Shown in pieces: positions 21,837 to 34,500 of a DNA stretch of 64,000 nt. Location of the stretch: positions 14,074,001-14,138,000 of the forward strand of contig OZ176050.1 in the NCBI GenBank assembly GCA_964247055.1. Reading direction: 5' to 3'. Below the pieces are notes generated by a model. That model worked only from the letters and a program-made list of their open reading frames with translations, had not been told where the DNA came from and did not search any database. Position 1 is the stretch's first letter. Every line of letters starts with the position of its first letter. Source of the DNA: Paragordius varius (Eukaryota; Animalia; Nematomorpha). The position numbers and the translations under genes are program-made.

Positions 21837-24800
21837 ATGGATAATTTTAGGACTCTATATTCGGAGTTTTGTGTCCGCGAAGTAATTTCCTCCATAAATT
21901 ACGATCTTTACATTGTTCTGTGGAAAGGCTACGTTGATTCAAGTCCATTTTTATATTATTATTATAAGAAAAAAGTGGTCGTCCCTTTCTTCTATTGCCC
22001 TCAACATTAATGTTTTCAACAGTTTTTAACGGATGGGTGGCGTCCCTTCTCTGAGTATGACCGTAGAGACGCAATCTGTTAGTTTGAATTATATAATCGA
22101 TTTTATCGGTTTTTTTGATGAAAATTGGTATTTCTGGTGTACGAAAGCAGCTTTTGAGTATTCGGTTCTCACTGGTTAGGAGTTTTGTTTGATTTGTTTA
22201 ATGCCCAGGTTTCAGAACCATAGGTAAGAGCAGGTCTTATTCCTGCCTTGTAAAAATACCATTTATTACGATTGTTAACATTTTTGTTTTGGAAAACATA
22301 TTTTCACTGATTATATTTTATCCAACCTTGTTGTATTCTTCTTTTGATAGCCTTTTGTAGGCTTCCCTGAGATGATATGACATCTCCTAGGTATACAAAA
22401 GAGTCTACCTATTCGATGTCATGTCCATCAATGTTAAGTAGCTTTGGTCGATTAAAATTATTATTGCTTGGGTCTAAGCAATTTAAACATTTAAAATATA
22501 TTATATTTGTTAACTTGTCTTTTACTTTAGAGCACTTTTTGTGTACCCACATTTGACATGATATGCATTTAATGGAATTTGAACGTACTTCCTTACTGCA
22601 AATGGAACAGGGGTATCTGGGTGTTTCACTTTCACCCGTTATCATTATTTTTGTTTTTGTGGCGTTTATAATCATTCCATATTATTCAAGGCATTTCTTC
22701 CACTTGGTATATGTATTTACCAGTTGATCCCATGATCGTGTCGTTATCACGAGGTCGTCGGCGAATAACATTTCCCAAGGGCATTCAGTTCTTATGTCTT
22801 TGCCGATATTGGTTCTAACGTTGGTTGTTGTATTTTTATAGAGTAGTAATAAGATTTGTATAGTATGTTCTTCTATTCCCTTTTTACGTAGTGCCCATTG
22901 AATTGTGGAGCGTGGTATTTGGTCAAACGCACGTTCCAGATCTACAAAGACATGGTATAGCTTTTGGTTCTTTTCCAGATATTTTTCTTGTAAGCGTCTT
23001 AGGATAAACAATGGATCTATTGTGCTACTGTTTGGACGGAATGCAAACTGATTCGAATCTATGTTTAAATGTTTTTTCAGCCTGTTTTCTAATATATTTT
23101 CGAATATTTTCAGTGTGTGTTCCAGAAGTTTTAAAGGTCGGTAGGACGATGTTTTTAGTCGATCGCCTTTATTTTTATAAATGGGGATTATTATGCTGTT
23201 CTTCCAATCGCTGGGGGTTTGGTTTGTAATTATTATTTGGTTAAAGAGTTTTGTCAGATACTCTGCAGTGTTTTTGATGGGTCGAATGTGGTCGACTGAA
23301 AGGCTGCTTGGGCCTGGAGCTTTGTTACTTTTTAATTTATTGATTGCAGTTGTGACTTCATCTATGGTGATTTCTTGTATGGGACCAGCTACTGGTGAAA
23401 CCGTGCTAAATTGTTTGGTCGAGTTTACTTGGTTGAGTTGTTTTTCTAAGTTCGTTTTCCAAATTTCCTTTACTTTCGAGGGATTCGTTATTATATTATC
23501 ATTATCATCTTTAATACATTCTATGGTTTTAACATCTTTATTACTATTGTTAAGGTTTTTGAGTCTTTTAAAAATCGTTTTGTTTTTAAAGTCTTTTTCT
23601 AAACTTTCAGCGATTTTAACGGATTTTTCATTCATAGCGTGTCTAATGTTTTGGACCTCTCGTTTTTTATCATCATTATTTTTGGTACTTTTCCATTTTT
23701 TATATGCTCCGCCCTTTTCACGCCACAATGGTTTTATTTCATTTTTCCACCACCAGCTTTTCCGTTGCCTCATTGGTTTAGTAAAGCCACAATGTTTTTT
23801 AGCGGATGTTAGAATTGTGCTTTTAAAATTTTCCATAGAGTTTCAACATTGTTTTGTTCGGGTATATGTAACTCTGTGTTTTTGGTATATTCGGTTAATA
23901 ATTTTGAATCCTTTAACTTTGCTATATTTATTTTTTGAGGTTGGAATGCGGTCTTACGGATTTTCTCAATGATTAGAAATGTTGTTATTAGCTTGTGTTG
24001 GTAAGAGGATTGATAGAAAGTTTTGATGTTTGTGAGAGGTTTCCTAATGTTTTTTGGAATTAATATGAAGTCTATCATAGATGAGTGGTCACCGGAATTA
24101 TATGTTATATGCTGGTTGGTTTTTTTCTTAAAATGGGTATTTGCGACTATGAGTTGATTTGCAATGCAAAAGTCTAGCAAACTCTCGCCCATCTTATCGA
24201 GGGTTCCGACGCCATTTCCACCATGGACGCCATGGTATTCATTACTATCATTATTAAAATGGGAATTAAAATCACCAGCAACAAAAGTTTGTTCGCTAGA
24301 AGAAGTTTTGTTCATCAAATCATAGAGGGCTTCCCAATCGTTTTTTGATGTTTCGCTTAGACCAGATTGTAAGTTGAAACTATATTTATTACATTATCAT
24401 TCATCAATATTTTTATTTGAATCATTCTTGGATTATGTCTTATTACATCAATTATGTTATCACGATAGATGTTTTTTATGAAAATCGCAATACCACCTTG
24501 TCCCTTGTCATTTCCTTTATAGAATATTGTATAAGTGTCTAAGTTTTTCAATCCCTCTCCTTTCATTCTGGCCTCTTGGATGCAACATATATCTATATTG
24601 TTATGTAGAGTGTTTGTTACCATTAATATTTTGTTAACTAGGGTACCCACATTCCATAAGGCAAATTTCAGAACTGTTTTATTATTATTATTAACGGTAC
24701 TATTTATTTTCATAGTTATTTTGGTAATTTTTATTATTCAAAGTATATATCCAAAAATATAGGGTATAAAAGTGTAAATAGGAAATATTATCAAAATAAT

Positions 24801-25018
24801 TATTATAAGTTGAATTATTATTGTTATTTGAGATGATAAGGTTTTAATGTTCTTTCATACTCATATTATTATACTTCATGGTTTATTGAGGCAATTTTTT
24901 ACGTAATACATGCCCTTGTGTACAACTAATGATTTTACAGATCATTAGAAAACTGGCCTTTGCCGTTAGCGCATTTTCATGCCCCAGCCAACACCACGAG
25001 GAGGTGGCAATAGGACTT

Positions 25019-25019
<1 letters not shown>
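21835..25019 (-). mobile_element. Near full-length RTE-clade non-LTR retrotransposon (APE endonuclease + RT), inactivated
   Basis: APE motifs FALWNVGTL, IDICCIQE, FVAGDFNSH, IDFILI; RT motifs YRPLKLL, QFAFRP, FVDLERAFD, LFADDLV; PHD-like CxxC...HxxC finger; C-terminal LYGHTQRR...RKGRP. Several stops and frameshifts; (TA)n on both flanks. Confidence 0.92.
24957..25019 (-). ncRNA. HDV-like ribozyme at the LINE 5' end (P1 5' strand lost)
   Basis: Minus strand: AAAGT CCTATTGCC ACC TCCTCGT GGT GTTGGCT GGG GCAT GAAA ATGC GCTAA C GGCAAAGG. P2, P3, L3 (UCCUCG), P1.1, P4 and the catalytic-C J4/2 are all canonical. Confidence 0.8.

Positions 25020-25058
<39 letters not shown>
25019..25058. repeat. (TA)n microsatellite at the LINE 5' junction
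   Basis: About 20 TA units with one interruption. Confidence 0.95.
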
Positions 25059-25593
25059 TGGGAATTTATTACTTTATCAGATTTCAAACATAAAACTGTA
25101 AAAAGAAAACAGCAAACAATGTTTTCTTGTTTGCCAATTGGATAGACTTATTCATAAAAGATTTTTGGGAAATATCATTCTAATAAAATTTTGTGCCCAT
25201 AATTTCGTAAATATTGGATTTGCAAATTATTGGCGGGCCGGCCGGCCGAACATTATCCCTTGTAGGGCCGCATATTGGCCCAACATAAAGCGCTTATAAA
25301 AATTTATCAAAAGGTATAAAATAATAAAAAATTTTCACAAGTTGAAACATAAAAGTTACAGATGTGATTAACAGCTTTTGTAGTTATTAAATAAAAAGAC
25401 GCCAAATTAACCAATTCAATTTCTAAACTAAAAAATGTTAAGTTTGAAAAGGGGTAGGAAAGCGCATCAAAATATAGTAAACCACTAACATAATATATAT
25501 ATATATATGAAAAATCAGTGGGTATAGAAAATTTATTTATTAACAAAAAGGTATTGTCAAAAACACCAAAATATAAAACTATAATGTAATGTT

Positions 25594-28500
25594 TTAATTA
25601 GCCAGAGACCCCAAATTCAAACCAGACTTAAGGAGTTGTTGTTTAATTAGTTGAATATTTTTTTGTTGATCCGGAGGTAATTGGGCTATTTGGGCATCAG
25701 TTAATTTCAAAACCTGTTGAATTAACTGATTTTTTTCAGTATCGTTTTTAATTAGGGATGGTGGTGCTGCAGGAATAGAAGAACTAGATCTATTTTCTTC
25801 CAATCTTGTCCGTTTAGCTTCTAAATTAATTATTAAAAAAGGTAAAACAAATTTAAGCATATCTTGTAATATTAATAGGATAAATAAGTTTTATCACAAA
25901 ATTTACGAAAAAAAACGTGAAATAATTAAATTTTATACAGTATGCATTTTAATAATTGCTTATTACACACTTGTTGGGCAATTTTTAACACAAAAAACAA
26001 CCAAATGTAGAAAAAACAATTTTTTCCTTTTTTTCTATACACTACTGTATTCTAGGAGTATAGTGTGAAATCATAATGATTAGTATTAATTTTCGAATTA
26101 TAAATTGATAAATAAAAATATATCAATCAATATCGAAATGATTCTTTTAACATAGATATCCCTCATAATAAGATATTTGATAAATATTTACCAGTGTTGT
26201 AAGTATTGGGTGAATTGGTTGACAACATTGTTTTATTACCATCCTAAAATAAATTTAATTACACAATTAAAAGAAAACCAAAGATTCTAATCAAGTTTTA
26301 CAGAAATTGTTATGAGCAAAAAATATTCTATTCCATAAAAAATCCGTTATAAAAATTAATAAATATACCCTTTGTCCAGCATTCATTGATTTAGCTGAAA
26401 GAGCACGCATATCAATGTCACCACTGGCCCCAAAATCAGGGAAAATATCTCCTTTGACTGTTTTACTGGTATCTAGAGCAAAAAAATTTATTTTATTTTC
26501 ATTGCAAAATGCAATTAAAAAAATTTAACGTAAAAACCAAATGTATTATTTTTTATAAGCAACAAAACAATTGTAAATTTTTAAAATTTAATATTTGCAA
26601 AATTTGATAGTTAAATGTTTTGCTATAAATCAAAACAAAAATTAGTTTTTAAAACCCAATAAAATCACCAAAAAACCTGAAAAAAAACATTTTATACAAT
26701 AGGAAAAAATAATTAAAGATTTAAAACGTCAAATTTTAGTACGTTACTATGGCCTAAAAAGTTTTGTACTAATTTCTTTTTTTCATACAGCTTATAATAT
26801 AATTCAAATCTTTTAACTTGATCCAGGAGTAGGAGGTATAGAAGAGACAACAAAAGTAGACGGTTGAGAATTTTGTTGAATTTGATTTTGCTGTTGAATT
26901 AAGAAAGCCGGAGGTTCAAGCTTAGGAGGTGGGGGTGGTATGACCGGTGAAGGATTAGTCTCACCACTTATTTAAAAAACAAAAAAAGGTTAACAAATAA
27001 TTTATTTTCTTTGTTAAAGTTTTTCAATATTGTAAAATAAAGTATCTAGTTTTAATACAGTATGCATTTTAATGCCTGCTTATTTCACACTATATTAGGG
27101 CAATTAGCAACACAGTAGTGGATGGAACAAACAACGAAATGTTAAATAAACAATTCCTTTCTTTTTTCCAACTCCTGTGTTGCGAATTGCCCAACTATAG
27201 TGTAAATAAGCAACCATTAGAATGCATAATTGAATCTATAAACTCTGGTAGTTTATGTTATTGTATAAAAACCACCACGGAAGGTTAAATAAAAATATTT
27301 ATCGTCAAAATTAATTTTAACTAAATTTGATGATTTAAGATGCACCAATCCTTCTAAATAAACCAGTAAGTAAACTTAATACATAATAGAAGAGTATTAT
27401 GATATAAATAATACCATTTAAATACTTTAAGTTGGTTTTTAAGCATTAGAATAGGTCCTTAAACACTTCAGATTGGTCCTTTAACATTTCAAGTTGGTCC
27501 TTGGACGTTTCAAATTGGTTCTTGAACATTTCTAGCTGGTCTTTCGACTTTTTTAAATTGTGTTAACTTTTTTTAATCAAACCGTGTATCATCAATATAT
27601 ATATTATTGTTTTTACTTTATACCCTTGATCTAACCAAACTTTTAAATTCAATATCAACTAATTTTGATCATTCAGAAACTGTTAAGCTTTAATAAGTTC
27701 TAAAGAAATGGATATTTCATAAGAAAATGTAATAAATTTTACAATTTTTATTGAAAAGCTTTACAATTGAATAATATTGTTGAATTGGCGAAAATCGAAT
27801 CAAAAATTTGATTTTATATTAAAATTATCAATTTTATATAAATAAATATATATTAAATCAAGAAAATTATAGAAATTAATAAAATAAATAAATACATGCA
27901 AAACTTAAAAAGTTTAAAGACCAACATGAAATTTTCAAGAACCAATGTTTAAGGATTAACTAGTGTCCAAGGACCAATTTAAAGTGTTCAAATACACTCT
28001 TGAAAATGCTGTATTCTACAAAATATTTTGGAAAGGAAATATTACAAAAACATAAAAAAATAATAACGGACCTTATCTTACACACCATAATTTTAGTTTT
28101 GAAGTATAAGCTATGTTACCTATAATGTATTCGGTAAAAAAATTTTTAATAACTACCGAACGCACTATATAAAAGATAGTATGTTTAACCCTCTAAGCCC
28201 CAAAAACATAAGGTGTTTTTCATTTTTTTATATGAAAAGTGTAAACATTAATCAATGAATGTCAAAACAAATAACTATATAGAAAAGAATTAATTCTTAT
28301 AGGCATATACTAGTTCAAAATAGTTTTAAATGGTACAAAATAGTAATAACTTTGTCTTTGTCTAGGTTAAAAATTAACCCTAAAATCTTAAAAAATATTT
28401 TTGCCAAAAACATAACCTAGTTAGAAAAACTGTAAACTCTCATGCTTTAAGTCGCTATACTATATAATCAATATTTTTTGAGGTAAAAAGTTTAAGGAAT

Positions 28501-31500
28501 GCTTCCTTTTAACAAATTTTTTAGAAAAAAAAACTAATGTAGCCAGCCTGCTATATCTTATTTATGTATATAATTACATTAATTGTAATGAAATTTAAAC
28601 ATTGAAAATAAAATAAAATAGGTAAAAAAATACCCGTAAGGTGATGATTGGTAGGCAAAAGGCGGTTGTTGAGATTGAAACTCTAATTAAATAAAATATT
28701 TTGCATAAGGGTAGATATATATACATATATATATAAGTTTGCTTTATATCATTTGTTGTAAATACTAATTTTGCTGGTCAAATATTTTTCCAATCCTAAA
28801 TCGCAAAAGAATACAAAATAACCCAGTAAAAAAAGCCTAAAATGGGGAAATATGAGACTTTTTAACCTGGAATCAAAAAGCATTCTCTAAACCATATTAT
28901 GATATTCGCTTTCCCTAAATTTCTCTGAGTATGGATAATATATACCATTTACAATTCAAATTCACCCTTAAACAATTTAAATTCACCCTCTAACAATTCA
29001 AATTAACCCTTTGACAATTCATATTCACCCTAAAATAAATTATGTGTTTTTTCAGATTAAAAATTACCTATACTTTTTATATTTTTTAAAAAAATACGTT
29101 ACTAATTAATATAATACTGAAAAAATAATAAACTATGCCATAAGAATATATTTCTTATTAATGATGAGTTATATTAGCCCAAAAACACATAATTTATTTT
29201 TATGGTAAATTTGAACCGTTCAAGGGTTAATTTGAATTGTTCGAGGGTGAATCTGATATGGATTATATATGTTTATTGCGTAAAAAACTACTTTTTTTCA
29301 AAAAATGAATATCGTAGCAGAAATAAAGCTATAAATATTTTCCTGTCAAAGATCATTCATTATAAGGGCTGCCCACAAAATTTGATAAAAATAATGTTAT
29401 ATAACAAAAGATTTATACGTGGAGCTTGTAATGGCATATTTTGAGAAGGGCTATTGGTAACTAAAGACTCTTGCATAGGTTGCATACTGGGAGCTATATG
29501 GGTTACCTTTATATAAAATCATGTTAAATATTAATTTAGAGATGGAATCGATTTAGCACATACAGACAGACAAAATGTAAAAATTAAAAGACAATTTTTT
29601 TTTCAAAAATGATTTTTTTAGAAAAATTAACAATTAATTACATATTTCAGAATTGAAATTTATATAGTTTGTGTAGAAATAATTAGGGTTAAAAAAAGTG
29701 TGTTGCCTTTAAAAACAATTATTCTTTTAACTTTTGTGTTTTTGTATGATTGCAATTAAAAATTATTTTCTTGTAGTATAAACAAAGATCTCATTTACAC
29801 ATCAAATCCCTAAATAATTTTGTGTGTTTTTACGGGCTATTATAAATCATTAATAAGAATTATATCTTTATGGCATAGTATTTCATTTTTTTAGTATTAT
29901 TTAAATTTTAAACAAAATTTGATTTTTTTAAAAATTTAAAAAATATATAGGTAATTTTAATCTAAAAACATTATTTTTTTCGGGTGAATTTGAAGTGTAA
30001 ATGGTATATAAACAAGTTTTTTACAAATGCATAAGCGTTTAAACTTTAATCCAATTTTTTGTAATGTTCAGGTGTCAAATAAATGAAATGAGTTTTTCCA
30101 TAAAAAATATTTAAAAAAAATGTGATATATATCCCATTATTTTTATATAGAATTATAATTTTGAAGAATACAAATTATTTAAATCATAATAGATCAAATC
30201 ATTTATAAATTATTAATAATAGCCGTAAACAAATTACTATTATTAAAAAATATTTCTGAACAATAAAAAGCATACCATAGTGGGTAAATTAGATTTTAAA
30301 TTCAACGTTTTTGGGGCTTGTGCTTCTGCCCGGTTTTTGGTTAAAAATGTCTAAAAATGAAAAGAAATTATAAATTAGAAGATGTATAATAATTTGGCAT
30401 TTCTGGTAAAAATTATAATTATAAAGAATAAATATAAACATAGGCGCGTAACTATGTTTTTTTACTTGTTTTGTGATATTCAATCTTTATAAATTATTTT
30501 TTTACTTATACTATCCCCATAAAGGGTGGTAAATACTGATAAAATCGAAACGAATAAAACATAAAAAACTAAAAGATAAATAATTTTTTAACGATATCAC
30601 ATATATATTTAAAGGCATATTTTAATATAAGCTATTTTAGTTTACAAAAAAAGGGATAAATATGTAAATTTGGTTACACAGACATACAACACACTTAACT
30701 ATATATTTTAATTGTAATATATTATATATTATAAAAGTACAGGTTTAAAGGTATGGTTATCTTTAAAAATGATATTAGCCATTCATTTGTGCTTTTTATG
30801 TATTTTATTTTAATATTTTAGTTTTTTTAAAAAAAAATTCCATTCTATAACCTTATTCATTATTTTGCTACCCAAAGCGCTAGCTCATATGTCCAAAAAC
30901 AAGGTTATTAAAATATTTTAATGAGAAAATACTAGTCTTTTATACTTTCTGATTTCAAATTTTACTGTAAAGAATAAAAAAAATAAAACAAAAAACCAAT
31001 GCAGTGTTCCCATCAACCAGGCCCATCATAACTTGAACTTGAAGGAGGGCATAAGCCAGTTGAGGATTTTGTAATAACATATTCCTTGCTTCATTGTAAT
31101 TATTACGAACGCAAACCTAATATATACCATTTACAGTTCAAATTCACCCTTGAACAATTTAATTTCACCCTTGAACAATTCAAATTCACCCTCGAACAAT
31201 TCAAACTCACATGTTTTTTAAGATTAAAAATTACATATATTTTATATATTTTTCAAAAATGCAATTTTTGTTTTAATATAAGATAATACTGAAAAAATAA
31301 TAAACTATACTATAAACATATGTCATATTAATGATAAGTTTTAGTTCAAAAACACATAATTTATTTTTAGGGTGAACTTGAATTGTTCGAGGGTGAATTT
31401 GAATTGTTCAAGGGTGAATTTGAATTGTTCGAGGGTGAATTTGAATTGTTCAAGGGTGAATTTGAACTGTAAATGGTATATATAAAAGTAATTTTAGAAA

Positions 31501-34500
31501 AAAATTTAATTTAACCCAAATAAAAAATCATCCTTAATAAAAAAACATGAAGGACTTTATTGAGATCCCTTGTAAAGGGCAAAAATTATTTTATTATTTA
31601 CTCTTGTAAGCGGTTTGATTCTAAGACAAATTGTATATATCTATATATATACAGTATGCATTTTATTGTATGTTAAGTAATTTTATTGCCAGTTAAATAA
31701 AAGAAATGGTTTATCAAATGCGTAAAATACTGCTTTACAAAATTATTACGTAGTACACATATGAAAGAGGATTGACGTGAGAATTAACAAAAGCTTAATT
31801 TAATGGATATTTTGTAATGTTAAATCTTAAGAATATTATAGCAATTTCTATGTTAACATTTGTAATATTGTTACGTATTTAGATGCGGAATTTTGTGGGT
31901 TTTTATCTTTGAAATAAATAGTAAAATAGCTATGTTAAGATTATTTATATTAATTATTCTTAACTAAATTTGATAATTAATATTTTTTAACATGATAATA
32001 AATACCTGTATTATACAAAATTGGTATTTTCTTATTTTATATTGTTATTACTAATTAATAAAAACAGAGGTAAATATCTATTTTGTGAAAATTTAGGTAG
32101 ATTTTAAATATTTTTGTTTTTTTAGCTTTAGCATTGTTAATTAATTATAATTTTTAAATATCTTGACATATTAGCACTTGGATACAACACATTTATTAAA
32201 GTCCTTTGATTCGAATTGGGGTAGTTGGGTACCCCAGGCCTGTTTAAAATTAAATAATTTAAAAAATATGGAATGAATTGAAATCATGGCAAAAATTTGC
32301 ACCTACATAATATTATAAATTGAAATATATAAAAAATATATTTCAAAAAAATTTGATATTCCTTATTTTAAGGTAAAACCTCAAGGTAAAATTTAGTCAA
32401 CATAACATGTGTGCCTTAGCTAAATTAAAAATAATACAAAATAAACCACTTTTTCTGTTAATATTATTGTTAGATGTGATTTAAATAAAAAATATTTAAT
32501 TTTAGCCTTAAAATTAAATAAACACGATATTTTGCAAAAATGTTGTAAATTAAAAATGGCGTCCAATGAGTTTAACATGGTACTTTTTTTCAAATATAAG
32601 TTTAATTTATATATTTCGGCATATTTATAAAATTTTTATTAGGATAGAAGCATAAATTTAAATTGGGACCGTCTCTTTCAATAGTTTTTTAAAAACATAA
32701 ACTTAAATATAGTCTGAGGTATTTAGACACTAATTTGAATCGAAGTGTTAATAAAGATATAAAAATATTTGGGTTTAAGGAAATTTATGTAGATTTTAGA
32801 TTTTCTTTTGTTTTTTATGTTTTGCGAATTATTAATTAATAATTTAAGTGTTTCGGACTTAAATTTAGTCAATTATAATTTTTTTATTTTATTTTTAACA
32901 TTGTTAATTATTAATATTTTTTATACATTTTTGAAAAACTATAATAAAGAGAGGTAAAAACATTCAGATTTAAAAAATATTTTTTGTTTTCCCTGTATTG
33001 CATTGTTAATAAAATACTTTTGTTTTTGACATATATAATAAAACAGGTTAAAATCAATGTTTTTCGGTTTTATATGTAATTGTAAATACCAACCAATATG
33101 ATTATTTATCCATACTCGCATAAAACATCCATCGCTGTATGCAAATAAAATATATTTAAATTCAAAAGTTTAGAGGTTTGATAGATAACAAAGACCTAAT
33201 ACTAATTAAATCACACATAATATACTAAACCGATGTTTTTTCATCACCCTCTATTAGGTATTCAAAAGCTATGAACAATAAGCAAATAATTTTTTTATAT
33301 ATAAATAAATGTATTATCATCTTAATATAAATCATTAATTTAATTAATGTTGGAAGGCATTATATGGGAAATCTTATTATAATGTAATATATATATAACA
33401 TATATATATTAATATATATATGTTAATACAATAAAGCCAGATAAAGATAAATATTGGGGTAAAAGTGTTTGAATATAAAATGCTAATATTGCTTCTTAGG
33501 TTCAAAAATTTTGAAATTTGAAAAAAAAACTCAACTACATAAAATAAATATTGCGAAAAATTATGCAAATTTAAAAAGTACTCATAAAAATAGAAAAAAT
33601 AAATGCCACTCTATATTCTCACCGGTATAAAAATGAATACAGATTATCTAAAATGGTAAAATATACCTTTAAAGGGCAAAAATTACAATATTAGAAAAAC
33701 CTAAAATATTTAACTGTTAACATACAATCTGACTAATTTTCGCCTTACTCTGCGTCCAATAATTTCTGATATTAAGGTTTTTTTAAAGGCACTCTCTCAA
33801 CGCTAAACTGTTATGTAGAAAGTATGTATAAAAATTTTTATTAGTAAAACTTTTCAATTCATTTTTAATTCCGAAGAATTTGAGTTCTGATTTTATAAAC
33901 TTCTCTTTTTAATTGGGAAAAAAGCTTTATGGGATTAATTTGGGGACTATAAGGTGGCAGATATTTTATTTTTATAACTATTCGAAATTTTTGCGTGATG
34001 AATTGGCGCATTGTCCATAATTATAATTTGATTATTATTTAATTTTAATGAAATAGTTTTTAAAAAACTCAAAAAATTTTGGCCATTAAAAACGCCATCG
34101 CCTTTTTCATAGGACAACACACCTTTTAGCCCAATAACACATATAAAAAAAATATTTCGGGCTCTTTTTGACTCTTTAAGAACCACTTCTTCATTTCTTC
34201 CCACCCACACCCATTTTCTGTTCCTAATCATAACAAATGAGCATTCATCAAGATACATATTTGATCTTCAGCCCTTACATACATAATTTCTTTTGCAAAA
34301 TGATATCTAAAATATAAATTTTTTAAATGAGAGTTAAAAAAATATATCGAATACCTCGCCTTTGCATTTTTAGGCGTGCTAACGTGCAATAGATTCACGA
34401 TGTGGATGCTCTTTTACAACATCCATTTCTTTGAAATATTTTCCGAGAATGGCTGATGACATTTGTAATTCTTCAGGCCAACAATTTAGGATATCCTATT

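Larger units (their letters stand above)
21758..25300. mobile_element. hAT-Charlie-like MITE split by (TA)n and the LINE (pieces 21758-21798 and ~25059-25300)
   Basis: CAAGGTATCCAAC...CACGGGCCGCAT on the left; GCGGGCCGGCCGG...GGGCCGCATATTGGCCC on the right. Confidence 0.35.

Noticed and set aside
23181-23972. 263-aa hydrophobic ORF on the + strand
   Set aside because: It is the antisense shadow of the LINE RT frame, with no independent motifs.
31086-31286. ORFs with heptad peptide repeats (FTLEQFK; also 2244-2432, 7494-7685, 29202-29444)
   Set aside because: They are by-products of translating the 21-bp MITE units.
31125-31478. Regularly spaced 21-bp repeats as a CRISPR array
   Set aside because: Units are directly adjacent with no unique spacers, are mirrored as inverted arms, and lie in a eukaryotic intron with no cas genes. 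They are MITE subterminal repeats.
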